Source: Emiliania huxleyi CCMP1516 (lineage: Eukaryota). From it: a stretch of DNA of 64,000 nt. The notes beneath the pieces are model-generated. The model worked only from the letters and a program-made list of their open reading frames with translations. It was not told the origin of the DNA and ran no database searches. Where the stretch lies: contig NW_005201381.1 of NCBI RefSeq assembly GCF_000372725.1, forward strand, positions 245,953 through 309,952, given 5' to 3'. Of the stretch, positions 48,766 to 61,653 are shown piece by piece (within the stretch, counting starts at the first letter, position 1; each line of letters starts with the position of its first letter). The translations under genes were made by a program, and so were the position numbers.

Positions 48766-49149
48766 GCAGCGGCGGGGAGGCCGGGGAGCGTGCGGCTGCG
48801 GTCGAGGGACGAGAGCTCTGCCAGCCTGCCAGCGGAGGTGCCAGCGGCAGCGCTGCCACCCCTGAGCAGAGCGAGAGCCCTGACCCCTGTGAGCTGTGTG
48901 CCCTGAGCGACCCCCTCAGCCCTCTCGCTCTCGCGCGCCCGGCCTCGGCGCGGCCGTCGGGGCGGGGTGCTCGCGAGGATCTCGGGACGACCCTGGAAGC
49001 TGAGGTTCTTTTGGCATAGAACTAGAACGCGAAAGTCTCCTCACTCTTACGGACTTCCAACAGCCTTACTCTCTTGTCTCTAATCTAATCAACAGGGCGC
49101 TCAGTGGGGTGTGCGAAAACACAAACGATTATGATAATTAGCAGTGTCC

Positions 49150-50730
49150 TCATCCATTGAGCGCGCGCGAGTCGCTGAGGGAGCGCTCAAACGCCTCGAT
49201 CTCCTCGTGCAGATTGTTGAGGTTGCTGCGCGGCTCCCAGGTGTTGTGGTGCGTCGCCCACCTGGGGGGGGGGGAGGAGGGGGGAGGGGGGTCAGACCCG
49301 GCACCCGCGACGCCGCGCCGGCCGCTGCGCACCCCTTCCACTTGATTAGGTACTGAACCTCCCCGTCGTGCGACCGCACACCGAGGATGTCCTCCACCTC
49401 ATACTCGGCGCGCGAAAGCCGCCTCCGCCGCGGCGGTGGCGCGTCGCCATCGCGCTCTCCCTCGCCACCCCGGCCACCCCCCTGGCGCGGCGAGGTGGGC
49501 CCCGAAGCGGAGCTGGCGTCAGACGTCTGGTAGACGGGGGAGACGGCCTCGCGCCACGCCTCTATGCTCTCGCCAAAGTCGTGTCTGTGCTCCACCGTCA
49601 CCAGCCCCGTGGCGGGCCCCCGCGTCCCCGCGCTCCCGCCGCGCCCGCCAGAGCGCCGATCGCGGCCCTTGCGGGCGCGTGGGCCCGCGGACGCCGCCGG
49701 CTGATCGGTCGCTGAAGCGACGCGCCGCCGCGTGCACGCGTATGGGTGCGCGCCCACCCCATCATGCCGCACGCCGACGCTCAGCATGTGCGCGAGCGTC
49801 GGCTGGATATGGCAGATCATCTCGTTCTCCTGTGCCGAGTAGACGCGGCGCGCCTCTCGCGCCTCCTCGCGAGAGAGCTGGTGGGCCGGCGCGACGGGGG
49901 GGGCGGCCGAGGAGCAAGCGCCGCCCGCGTCTGCCGGCGCGCACGCGTCCGCCCTTCCGTCCTCGTCGCCGCCGCCGCCGCTGGCCGCCGCCGCCGCCGC
50001 CGCCGCCAGTGCGTCGGCGCGCTGCAGGTGCGGGTTGGTGTGCTGAAAGTGCTGCGCCTTGTAAAAGCTGGCCGAGGAGGGGTACGTGTAGACGAGAATC
50101 TGCGTCTTGCCCAGCGCGCGGCAGAGCTCCTTGAGGAAGTGCACCGTCAGGCGCGCGAAGCCCTTGCGTGTCATGCGCGGGTGAGTCGCGAGCAGCCGCA
50201 ACATCATTGTCGACGGCGGGCGCAGCGAGAAAGTAGCGGCGGTCACGCAGATGGGCGCGTCCGCCTCTGGGTGCTTGTAGTAGAGCACCACCGTGGTGGA
50301 CTCGACGTGCCGGATCACCTGCTCGCACGTAATGCCGCCCGCGAGCGAGAGGTGGTTCATGTCGCGATAGAGCTTGAGCGCCTCCAGCTCGTCCGCCTCG
50401 CTCTCCGCGACGCGCAATTCGAGCGGTCCCAGCGGGTCAAACATGTCGGCGAGCACGCCGATCGCCTCGCGCGCCTCCGCGTTGCAGCGGTGCGCATCGT
50501 CGTTCAGCCCGCGGAATTTGAGCCCGATGCGCTCGTACGACGATGATGCGGCGCCCCCCGCGGCGAGCGCTGCGCCGCCGTTGCTCGACGATGGCCCCGC
50601 GGGAGCGGCCGGCGCAGGCAGCTCGCCGGACGGATTGCGGCTGCGGTGAGGCCGCGACGCCGCCGCGCTCGCGGACCGCCCATCCTCCAGGCCCATAAGC
50701 GCGCAGAGCGCCGCCTGCGCGCGGAGAGCG
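49150..50730 (-). CDS. GNAT acetyltransferase fused to a C-terminal chromodomain (5' end probably in or beyond the gap)
   Basis: LRLLATHPRMTRKGFARL...SASFYKAQHF (GNAT); EYEVEDIL...QYLIKWKG|WATHHNTWEPRSNL (chromodomain). Confidence 0.8.
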
Positions 50731-52344
50731 GCGAGGCGGAGGGTGGGGTGGGGGGGGGGGGGAGGGAGGGGGGAGGGGGGGGGGGGCCTTACGGGCCCGC
50801 CAAGGGTAAGGCGGGGCGGGTAAAGCCGGGCGGGGCGGGCGGTCGGGGCGGTCTGCGCTTCCACCCCCTTCCCCTTTGAGCTCTGCAAAAAAAAATTATG
50901 GNNNNNNNNNNNNNNNNNNNNNNNNNNNNNNNNNNNNNNNNNNNNNNNNNNNNNNNNNNNNNNNNNNNNNNNNNNNNNNNNNNNNNNNNNNNNNNNNNNN
51001 NTCCCCTACGAGCGGCCTGTATTGCACCATAGGTCGTCGGCTTTGCCGACCGACGGGCGACGTGGACGGGACACAGCGACTCGAAGGGACGTGCGAGCCA
51101 CGTACCCGAACAAGCACTGAGAACGGGGCATTCCACCCGCACTGTTGCACTGGTGGGATAGGGTCGATTCCGCATGGTACGGGACCCCTCGATCGTCTCG
51201 CCCTCCCTCACTGGTGTGTTCATTGGGGGGGTTTATATAACAAACACGGTACAGGATCAAGGTGTACGCTGCTGAAGCAGTGCACCTACATAGTGCGGGA
51301 CCTGGGGCAGCAACCAACAACCTGGATGGGGTGATGGGGACGGGGTGCTGCTCAACCGGCGGCAACCAGCAGCGTTCACAGCAGTGTGCGGAACAGGTGT
51401 TGCAACCTGGTAAAGAACCCGCTCGCTGAGGGAGCAAGCAAGCCCACCCACGCTTATATAGTCACCATTCTTACAGTGGTGTAGCTTGCGCATCGGCTGC
51501 AGCCTCTGCTGGGGCGGAATGCGGAGTGATTCTGAGATCAGGTTAGTCGTTTCCCCTTTGGAGGCAGACATTTCAGAAAGCGAATCCCAGGCCGCATCTC
51601 CCCGCTCGAAGCGGGGAACCCGTCCCGGGCGCCCGCTGGAAGCGGGGGGGCGCCCGCTCGAAGCGGGGGCGCCCGCTCGAAGCGGGGGCGGCGCAGGCTG
51701 CCACCGCTGCCCGGGCGCGCCGAGCGGCGGCGGAGGGCCGCCCAGGCCACCACCAGTGCCTCTCCCACCGGCGGCGCGGCGGCAGTGGCGCCGACCGCCC
51801 CTCCATCAGCGGCGGCGCGAGGCTGTCGTCGGGACGCCGGCAGGTGACGCGCGAATAGGGTGCCACCGGACCGGCCGACGAGCACCCAGCGGAGCCGTCA
51901 TCGTGCATGGCGAGCCGAGCACCGCCGCGTCGCTTCTCGGCGCATTGGAGAGCAGAGGAAGCTGCTGGCGTCGCGGCTGGGATCGGCAGCGGCGCCAGCA
52001 GCTTTCTCGGATCTGAAGCGACTTTGAGCGCCGATCGATCGATCTGAGGGCTGACCGATGGGTGGCGCTGGGAGGAAGACCGCGCCACCCGTCGGCCAGC
52101 CCTCAGCTCCGCGACGGCGACTCGATAGTCGTGGCCGGCGCTCGGCTGCCACTCTAAGCTGTGCCGCCAGGCGCTCCTGGAACCGTGACGTCACTTCTTA
52201 TGGATGCGGCACTAGGGACGCCCAATGTTTTCGTAAATATAGAAGCCACTCTCTCGCGTGTGGAAGCCACGACTGCGTAGTCGTGCTCCCCCGGAGCACG
52301 CCATAGAGCCGCGCCGGTTGTGTACCGGGCGCACCCGCAGCCGT

Positions 52345-52665
52345 ACACACCGTGCTGCCACCTGCCAGTGGGGCGCCGGCGCCGCAGGCGCCCCAAGCGG
52401 CGCGGAGCGCCGCCGCAGGCGGCGGACAGCAGGTGCGCAAAATTAAACGCCATTTTTGGTTCCGCAGTTTTGCCACTAACGTCGAAATCCGGTACAAATC
52501 GAGACTTACGAGAGCCGAGCCCCCCACGAAAACCACAGAGGGGCGCGCGGACAGCGCGCCGCCAGGGGCGCCGCAGGCGCCTCAAGCGGTGCGGAGCGCC
52601 GCCACAGGCGGCGGACAGCAGGTGCGCGAAATTAAACGCCATTTTCGGTTCCGCGGTTTTGGCAC
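52345..52665. repeat. Two-copy tandem duplication of about 180 bp
   Basis: gcggagcgccgcc.caggcggcggacagcaggtgcgc.aaattaaacgccatttt.ggttccgc occurs twice. Confidence 0.85.
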
Positions 52666-53170
52666 TGTCTACCAACTTTGTGGTACAAATCGACTTGCAC
52701 TTGGTCTGAGCCCTGCGCCGCGTTTGAGCCTCCATTCTGAAAGTGTACGTAGAAGGGAAGGCAGCAGGTCCGGCTTGCGAACTCCGCTGTGGCGCCGAGT
52801 AGAGGCCATTTTCCTATTAGAAAAGGCTGTCGAGAGCGCAAAATTTTCTTCGCTGCGCGCCCAACCATGGTGGGCACGCAGCGGGCGCCTGCGGCGCCAA
52901 ATTTTTGAAATGTCTGCCAGTCGCCCAACCTGATCTCAGAATCACTCAACAAAATCAACAGGCCATGAAAGTGACAAAACTGAAAACATGGTATTGCTAA
53001 AAACATCTCTCTCTGAAAGTGCACAAAGTACAAAGAAGAATCTCTACGATCATGCCCGTAAGCACTAAGCGAGAAGGAGGGGAAACGAGTCCCAACAAAT
53101 CGCGCGTTTCTTGTTTTGAGTTGGAAAGCGCCCGCCGCCACGCTGACGCCGCTCGCACACATTTGTGTAT

Positions 53171-54218
53171 ATGCCACCAGCCCCCTTCGCTTGGGTGGAG
53201 CAGCCTCCGCTGCCGGGCTCACCGGCCGCGGAAGCGGGTTTGCAGCAAGGCGACGGGATCGTATCAATCGGGGCGGCGGACTCCGTCGACGCCGTCCCAT
53301 CACAGATCCGGGAGGGGCAGCCTGTGACATTTGTCGTCATCTCACCGGTGGCCACTCCTCTCGCCACTTTTGTCCCTGCCCTCGGACAACACGCAGCATC
53401 CGCTATCCTTTCCGCCGCCGCTCCTGCCCTCTCAGGTCGATTTTGGTTTGATGGAGCTGCGGGTGGTCCCGCGGCGCTTTGACCCTGAGATGCCGCACAG
53501 CCTCCTCGGGTGCACCCTCATCGACACCCCGGACGGCTTCCCCGACCTGAGATTTGGGGCCTCCGCACAAATCGCTTCGGCCGGCAGCGGGCGCGGCAAT
53601 GGCAGGGCGCGAGGCGGCGGCGGCGGCAGGGGTCGAGGCAGCGGCAGCCGAGGCCGCTCAGCGCGAGGCGCTGTCGTCAGTGACACGCTGCAGAGTCGCT
53701 GCCGGAGCCGGGCACTGCTCGTCTCGAGCTGCGCCGGTGTGGCCCTCCTGCCCAACAGCTTCCTCTCTCTCAACTCAAACTCCCGTATGTCTCATATCTC
53801 GCTGCCCACCCCTCGACCCCAATTCTTACCCTTAGCAATTGCCGTCTTGTCGTCGCTGATGCTGCGGTCACCCGTGGTCCTGTCGGATGGGCCAAACGGC
53901 GAGGAGAGACGGGCGACTTTGCCGCTGCTGAGCGCCGACGTGCACTTCCTGCTGCCTGCGGCGTGCCACTATGCCCGAGACGGACGCTTGCTTGGGGCGG
54001 AATTTGTCGGCCGCGTCGATGATCACGACCGAGCCCGAGGTGGTGCGGCGGCGCTGGTGCCCACCCCTCCATTCCAGCGCGCGCTTCTCGGAGCTGCGTG
54101 GCTGCAGCTGGTCGGCTGCCTGCTCGGCGCGATGCTCTCCCTTCCGGCCGCAAGGCTGCCAAGGCTGCACACCGCCGCCGCGTTCTCCTTCCCGCTCGTC
54201 ACGCTGTGCACGTGGTGA
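53171..54218 (+). CDS. PDZ-domain protein (PSMD9/Nas2-like PDZ) with downstream hydrophobic segments, runs into a gap
   Basis: PFAWV...PGSPAAEAGLQQGDGIVSIG...LRVVPRRF...LLGCTL. Confidence 0.6.
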
Positions 54219-54248
54219 GAGAAGCACCGTCTCCTACTCCCCCCCCCA

Positions 54249-54285
<37 letters not shown>

Positions 54286-54385
54286 NNNNNNNNNNNNNNN
54301 NNNNNNNNNNNNNNNNNNNNNNNNNNNNNNNNNNNNNNNNNNNNNNNNNNNNNNNNNNNNNNNNNNNNNNNNNNNNNNNNNNNNN

Positions 54386-55805
54386 GCCACCCTAGTCCCC
54401 GCCACCACCGCGGCCGCCGTTGCCTCCACCGCCTAGGCCCCCGCCGCCCTGGCATCCTCCAACCTAGCCTCCGCCGCCCTGGCCCCCGCCACCGTCGCTG
54501 CCGCCCTCGCCTCCACCACCGTTGCCTCCACCGCCCTCGCCTCCTCCGCCATCGCCGCCGCCGCGGTCGCCGCCGCCATCGGCGCCGCCGTCGCCGCCTC
54601 CGCCACCACCCTCGCCGCCACCGCCGCCGCCATCGCCGCCGCCACCGTCGCCGCCGCCGCCGTCGCCGCCGCCGCCCTCGCCACCGCCATACCCGCCTGG
54701 TAAGGTACCTAAGCCGCCGCCTTCGCCACCGCCCTTTCCGCCGCCACCTTCGCCGCCACCGCCCTCTCCGCCACCCGCACCGCCGCCGCCCTCGCCGCCG
54801 CCACCATCTCCGCCGCCGCCCTCACCGCCACCCGCCCCGCCGCCGCCCTCGCCACCGCCACCGTCGCCGCCACCACCCTCTCCGCCGCCACCCTCCCCGA
54901 AACCCTCCCCTCCTCCACCCTCGCCGCCTCCGCCCTCGCCGCCTCCACCCTCGCCGCCGCCACACCCCCCACCCCCACCCCCACCCTTCCCGCCACCCTC
55001 CCCGCCGCCACCGCCGACGATGGACATCTGCGGCACAGAGCCTTCGGTGTGTGCCGGCACGTTCACGGGCACCGAGCTGAATCTGGTGGATCTGAGGCTG
55101 ACTGGGACCATCCCGCCGGCGCTGGGCAAGCTCTCGCAGCTGCGGAGGCTCGCCCTCCACATCAATGCCCTCTCTGGCACGCTACCGCCGGAGCTCAGCG
55201 GTCTCTCGCAGCTGGAGTACATCAACATATACGACAACAAGATCTCGGGGACCATCCCTTCGGAGCTGGGCGCACTCTCGCAGCTGAAGGAGCTCGGCCT
55301 CGACCACAACGCCCTCTCTGGCTCCGTGCCGAAGGAGCTCAACAAGCTCAACAAGCTGCAGTTGTCAGCCTGCGAGCTGGGCGGCACGAATCACTACGCC
55401 TGCCCCTTTCCCGCTCTGCCAACGGTATGTATCGACTCGGACTACCCTCCACAATGCTCCTACCCGCCGCCATTGCCGCCGCCGTTGCCGCCGGTCCCCC
55501 CGCCGCCGCCGTCGCCGCCGAATAGGCCTTGCCCCGTCTGCCCCTCCGGCGACTTTGGCGACTCTGGTTCGGGCGACGTTGGCGGCATCTTTGGTGGAGC
55601 CCGTCGGGGAGCTCCGATGTGCCCGACCCCCGATGGCGGCGGCGGCGCTGAGACCTTTCCTTTATGGGCGGTGGGCGTGATTTTGGCGGGCGCATTCCTG
55701 GTCTGCTTTTGGGCCGGTTACTTGGTGGCGAAACGCAAGTACAAGACTGGCCGAGTCACCTTGAGGTTTATGAGACCCAGAATCGGCCGCAGAATGCGGA
55801 TTTGA
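54386..55805 (+). CDS. Extensin-like (SPPPP) LRR membrane protein, 5' end in the gap
   Basis: Long SPPPP array; plant-type LRRs (LTGTIPPALGKLSQL, NALSGTLP, NKISGTIPSELGAL); TM helix WAVGVILAGAFLVCFWAGYLV followed by a basic tail. Confidence 0.85.
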
Positions 55806-58716
55806 CGTATGGAGTGGCGTCGAGAGGGGGAGGCGGATCTATCTACGTAGACAGTGGTGAGAGAGAGTCAGCGACACAAAATAGCTGTGTGTCGAAACGA
55901 CGAACGAAACGGCCTGGCGCCCCCGCCACGAGCCGCCAAGCGAACACTGTGCCTGGTGCGGGAGAGGGACGTGGAGAGGGAGGGGGGATCTAAGCAACTC
56001 GCTGGGGCGGGCACACCGAGCCCCCGTCTCCGCCCGCCGCCCCGCCTCCCTCGCTGCGGCCCTCACCTGCCCCGCCTCGCCCCGCCTCTCAGACCCCCCC
56101 ACATGGATTTTACAACCACGGCGAGAGAGCTTCGGTGAACGAGGGGGTGAACCGCGCCATCCCTCGATCGCCGTCCAAAGCTCGCTCGCTTCCGAGCTCT
56201 CGTGCGCGTAGGGCCTTTAGGGAGGGGCCTGAGAACCCCCGCCCCTCCCCCCTTTTCTCCCATTATTTAAAGCTAAACGTCGTCAAAAACAGGGGAAAGG
56301 AGTGTGTGGTGCTAGAGCCGTCTCCCACCCACGGTTTGCCCTCGGGCGAGGTCTGCTGGAGGTCTGCCTCTCCCTAGCTCTCGCGACCGTCGCACAGCCC
56401 CGTCTCGCCCACTCTCGCAGCGACCTTCATGTCACCTCGCGGTCGTCCCACCCTAGCCTTGTTCACTCTCCTGCAGCGCCATCCATCCCCTGTCTCATCG
56501 TTCTCATCGGCCTCGATGCGACGGCGCCGACTCTTCCCTTCCCTTTTGCCCTCGCGCTTCTCTCTCCTCTCGGCGTAACGTCGCTCTCCTCGCGTTGCCT
56601 GGACCCAGCTCCCAGCATGCCGGTGCAAAGCGTGGAAAATCTGAATTCTTTTTTTATGTTATCTCTTTGCAAACCTGCCTGGCTCGCCGGGCGCGCCGCG
56701 CATCCACACCGAGCGCCCCGAGCGCCCGCCCCGCGCCGCCTAACCCGCCCCGCCTCGCCCGCCCCCTCAACCGTTTGCGCGAAGAGAGCCGAAACACCGC
56801 ACGCGCGGGGCCTCTGGCGTGCCGTTCGCGACTCTCGCCGCGGCCGGTGCGGACCGCGCGGTCCCTCGGAGCTGGTGCACGGCAGGCCCTGAGCGCTGAG
56901 GGAGGGTGTAGAGGATGTATAGAGTGTAGAGCGCTGTAGAGCTGTAGAGCTGGAGAGAGCGCTGTAGAGCTGTAGAGCTCTACATCCGCCGCGGGACGAA
57001 GCGCCCAGATAAGCCTCCGTTGTAGAGCGATGTAGAGGCGCTCTACCTGAAATCTCTACAACACTAGTTTCACTCGGATTCACTCCTATGCACCTTCGCG
57101 CTTCGGCGAGGGTACATTGGTGCGTATAACGGAGAGTCACGGAATCGCGCGCCTCCACTAGGAAGGGTTACGCAGTATCCCTGACATCCCCGTGGGGTCC
57201 TGCCACTGAAGGCGGAGGGTTGGGACTCAAACAGCTTGGGTATACTACAGGAGGGAGGGAACCTCGACGTCCTGCAGCCGCCCGCGGCGCCGTAGGTCAA
57301 GGGGTTACCCCCGAGGGCACCACTACCGCCCGTGCCGCCACCATGCCCGCCTCCCCCGCCACCGCCTCCACCCCCGCCGCCGGCGTGGCCGTCACCGCAC
57401 GGATCCTCACGGACCCTGGGGAACCCAACGCCGCCCCGTCGGCGGCTGGAGTACCAGGGGGAGTGGACCGGGGGAGGGGAAGGCAAGCGCCGCGAGGGGG
57501 CGGCGGATCCCGGCGAGCCGGAAGGCCGGGACCGGAGGGCCCCGGGGGGAGGCTGGGAGCTGGATTCAGCTCGTCGAAGGATTCAGCTGTGAGTCGACAT
57601 TCTTAGCTTTTAGCCCCCCTCCGGGACAGAACCCACCCGTACACAGGAGAGATGGGACTGCGCCCCGCCCCTGCCCTGACTGCACAGGATAGCGTGCCCC
57701 GCGCCGATAACGGCGACACATGAGGGACACTGCGCAAGGAGGGGGTGCGAAGGCTTTTTTCTTTGTCTTCTTGGGGGCATCCCATGACAAAAAACGACAA
57801 CGCACCAGGCGATCTGCCTGAGAACGCGAGTTCGAATCGTAGGAGGCACCTAGAGCAACAATTGAGCCCGCTCAGGTGTGAACAAAAAATTAGTGGGGTC
57901 AACCCGCCATTTCGAACCGGGGGCCACTCGATTGCAGAGAGATCCCCAGCCGACGTCGGCTGGATAGATTATGGCTGAACCGGGAGCGTTCAAGCGGCGG
58001 CCCATACCCGTAGCACATTACCGGGGGTATTCACACACACACACCGACGCCCGAAGTGCCAAGAAGGACGTCATCAGCACGAAACCTCGGAAAAAGGCCA
58101 TGGTCGCCGTGAGAACATTCCCCCGAGAAGCTAAAAAAAAAAGCACAACCGACCCTCCCTCCCTGGTTCCCCCCGCCAAATGTCGCCGTCCTCGGGGCAT
58201 GCTATCCTGTATAAGTAGGGCAGGTGGGGGAGGGGGGCAGTCCCTTTGACGTATGTATCTCTGGGTTCTGTCTCTAAGCGTCGGAGGCAAGGGCGAAGCT
58301 AAGAATATTTAATTTTTGTCTTCTTGGGGGAATGTTCTCTCGGCGCCCATGGCCTTCTGAGGTGCCGTCCTTTTTCTTGGCACTTCCGGTGCGCCCCGGC
58401 GGCCTCCTGCACGGCGGCCGCCGGGGCCGGTTTGGACTGTGTTTGTGGCCCGGTGTGTGTCCGTGTGTGTCAAATTCCCCCGGTATGCTAAATAGGTCGC
58501 CCGCCGCCCGGCTCCCTCCTCCCTCCCAGCCTCTTTCGCCGAGTGCTGCCGCCCCGCGAGCGGGAGGCCCCCGGTTCGAAACCTAGTCGACCCTTATAAT
58601 TTCGATCAGCTGTGAGTCGAAGGAGGTGAGAGACGAGCTGACTCGGCCTCTGCGAGTGGAGTCGGGGCATACGAGCCCGCCGTGGGGAGACTCGTCGCGG
58701 CGGCAACCGGACCATC

Positions 58717-58910
58717 ATGTGCATGCACATGCACATGCACATGCCATGCACATGCACATGCACATGCACATGCACATGCACATGACATGACAACAACATG
58801 CACATGCACATGCACATGCTACATGTGCATGCACATTCATGCACAACATGCACATGCGCATGTACATGTTGTGCATGTGTGTTGTTGTTGGTGCATGTCA
58901 TGTGCATGTG
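58717..58910. repeat. (GCACAT)n microsatellite that reverses orientation part-way
   Basis: gcacat units switch to atgtgc and tgttgt units after about 58860. Confidence 0.85.
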
Positions 58911-59227
58911 CGATCGAACTTACATCGAAACGAAATAATAGAGGTAAGTAAAGGTAATAAGGTAGAGCGTAACAACTTCGCCACACACACACAAAACTCG
59001 AGAGGGGACGAGACACGAAAGGTTGCCAGGTAGACGTCGGTGGTGGTGGTGCTGGTCGTGGTGGCTTCATGCTTGAGGCGTAGAGCCACGTACTAGAGGC
59101 TACACGTAGAGGCTTGGACCTTGCGTGTTGGGCTTGGGGTCGCGCTTGGTGGGGTGGTGTTGGCTGTGGAGGCTGGAGCAGTGCAGGTCGGTTGGGCTTG
59201 GGGCATGGGGCAAGGGGGAGCGTCCAG

Positions 59228-59434
59228 AGAGGATATCTCATGTGAAGATACAAAACCGAGTTGCCTGACGGGGGTCGGGGCTCGGGCCCTCGCGCGTCGC
59301 GGGGTACGTGGTAGGACCTGGTCCTGGACGGAGGACGGCGTCCTCCGTTGCTCCGAGCTCCGTCCAGCTGGGTGTGCCGGGCCGTCACGCGTCAGGCAAC
59401 TCGGTTTTGTATATCTTCACATGAGATCTCCTCT
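59228..59434. mobile_element. Small foldback element with inverted repeats of about 43 bp
   Basis: agagga.atctcatgtgaagatacaaaaccgagttgcctgacg (59228-59270) and a near-perfect complement at 59390-59434. Confidence 0.75.
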
Positions 59435-59766
59435 AGCTCTATGGTGCACGGGCCTCCGTTATAATCAACTTTATCGTTTTTAGTGCTGACATGATGTGCT
59501 TAATTTGTCCTACTGTGTATATCCCCTCCAGTCTGCTTCACGCAAGCACCGAGAGGTGCGATGCGACGCCGTCCCGAAAGGCGGAGAGCTCTCGCACCGC
59601 CTTATCTTCGATCCGGCTCTGGACGCGGTAGTTCGCCTCGATGCGGCGACTCGCCTACGGAGACGCGTGCACGACGAGTTCGGGGACAAGTGCGGGACAC
59701 GACTGCGCCGTCTCTCGACGAAGTCGCCGCGTCGATGCGGCGCTCCTTAGCCTCCCGCTCGCGGAC

Positions 59767-61242
59767 CTACAGAAAGAGGGCTCCGCGACGGCTCATGGAG
59801 CGCGCTCTTGGCACGCGCGTTGGCCTCCCGCTCGCTCGGACCGACCACGGCATCCACGGCGGCTGGAGCGTGCGGAGGCTCTCCACGGCGGCGGCGGCGC
59901 GGGCGCGGTCGCGGGTCAGTGCCAGAGCCTCGCGCGCCTCTGCCTGCTTGCTGGGCGACGGCTTGCGAGGCGACGGTTTGCCGGGGGAGGCGGGCGCCTT
60001 TTGGAGCCAGCGCGGCTCGAGGTCGAGGTAGGCTGGCCTCTCCTCCTGCGGACGAGGCGGCGCGGCGACTTCTCTCCCCTCACGGCGCCCGCGCGGCCTC
60101 CTCTCCCCTCGCGGCGACTGCGCGCCGGCGGAGCGCGCTCGGTGTTGCGGGCGCGGCTGCGGGCAGGAAGGGCGCGGGCGGCTGGGGCGCCGGTGCGAGT
60201 GCGGGTGCGGGGCACTCGCGCGCGCGGCAGGGAGGGCGCAGCGGAGTCGCCTCACCTCGAGCAGCACTGCAGGCCGCTCGGGTGCCGTGTAGTGCAGCCT
60301 CCGCGCGGCGCCGCCCGCGGCGGGGTGGGCTGCAGACCGAGCGGTTGCCTTGGTGAGCAGAGCGGCCGCCCCTTCCCCGTGGACGGAGAGAGGGCACTTG
60401 AAGCCGGACGCCCACGGCCTCCAGCCGGGTCGATGGGCGAGGGGCGCGCCGCGCTGCCGCCGCCGCCGCCTCTCGCCCTCCTGCTCGCCCTGCCCCTCCT
60501 CCAGCGGACGCCGACTCTGCCGCGGCTCCGCCTCGGCGGCGGCAGAGGCACCAGCCGCTGCGACCGGAGCCCAGACCAACGGCTCGTGCGGGTCCGCCGG
60601 CAACGCAGCCTGCCGAGAGGAGTACTGCCACCTCGGCTGCCGTAGCGGCGCGGACTGCGCGCTGCGGCGCGGCGCGGGCGCGGGGCGGCGCGCTGCGGAC
60701 GAGGCGCCCCTTCGTCGTAGGAGCGCGGGCCGCAGCCGCAGCGCCGATGCCGCGGTCTGCTTCTCATGCAGCTCCAGCGGCCTCAACTGGAGCTGCCCGA
60801 GGCCGACCGCCGCCTCATTCGCGCCTCTGTCGCCCGCCTCGCCGCCGCCGCCGACGCCGACGCCGGGTCTGCCCGGCGAAGGGGCGGCCTCGGCCTCGTC
60901 GGCACAGGCCCTTGGCGCTGCCGCGCCGACCGACCGCTCGATCCTGTGGCGCAGCGCTGAGAATCGGGAGGAGAGGCCATGCAAGTCGTCGCCGGGAAGC
61001 CTCGGCGCTGCTCTGGGCACGGTCCGCCTCGGGCTCGGTGCTTGGAGGTCCATCGTCTCGCAGAATTGCGGGATCTGGCGAGCCGTGGCGGCGGCGACTG
61101 CGTCGCTCGCGCCGGGCTTGAGACCCCTGTTGGGTCCGTCGAGGAGCGCTGCGTAGCGACGAAGCGGCTTGCGGTCGAGGATTACCGGGCCGGCGCAGCG
61201 GGTGATGGCAGGGTTGGCATACAGGACTACGGCGGCCGGCAT
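59767..61242 (-). CDS. Hypothetical low-complexity protein
   Basis: ATG-initiated 491-aa ORF with no recognisable domain. Long ORFs arise easily at this GC content. Confidence 0.35.
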   Translation of the reverse strand: MPAAVVLYANPAITRCAGPVILDRKPLRRYAALLDGPNRGLKPGASDAVAAATARQIPQFCETMDLQAPSPRRTVPRAAPRLPGDDLHGLSSRFSALRHRIERSVGAAAPRACADEAEAAPSPGRPGVGVGGGGEAGDRGANEAAVGLGQLQLRPLELHEKQTAASALRLRPALLRRRGASSAARRPAPAPRRSAQSAPLRQPRWQYSSRQAALPADPHEPLVWAPVAAAGASAAAEAEPRQSRRPLEEGQGEQEGERRRRRQRGAPLAHRPGWRPWASGFKCPLSVHGEGAAALLTKATARSAAHPAAGGAARRLHYTAPERPAVLLEVRRLRCALPAARASAPHPHSHRRPSRPRPSCPQPRPQHRARSAGAQSPRGERRPRGRREGREVAAPPRPQEERPAYLDLEPRWLQKAPASPGKPSPRKPSPSKQAEAREALALTRDRARAAAAVESLRTLQPPWMPWSVRASGRPTRVPRARSMSRRGALFL

Positions 61243-61364
61243 GACGATGCGTCGGAGGGGAGAGGGAGAGGGAGAGGTGGCAGGCGAAGGGGCAGTGCTG
61301 GTCGAATTGAACTTCGCCGACGAGCGCTCAAAAAAAGAGAATAATCGGGTGGCACGACAACGGC

Positions 61365-61600
61365 TGGAAAACCCCGGTATACCTGGAAAATACCTGGGTA
61401 TCGTGCCGATTTCCTCAATTTTGCCCCAGATTTTGCCCCAGACCAGCTCTCAGACTGAGAGAGAGATTTTTATTTGTTTTTTCAGACTCAGGGAAACTCG
61501 CGAGTTTCCCGAGGGAAACTCGAGAGAAACAGAATGGAGCACCAAACACCCTCTGGTTTCCCTGGAAACTTCCGGAAACGCAAAGTGCTGGGGACCCTAG
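61365..61600 (-). mobile_element. Family A internal fragment, inverted
   Basis: cagaccagctctcagact, cagggaaactcgcgagtttcc, agaatggagcacc and ccggaaacgcaaagtgctggg are reverse complements of family A blocks. Confidence 0.8.
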
Positions 61601-61653
61601 GCTGGTTTCCCTCTGGGTTGCCGGAAACCCTCGGAAAGGCCAACTCCTGTGTA

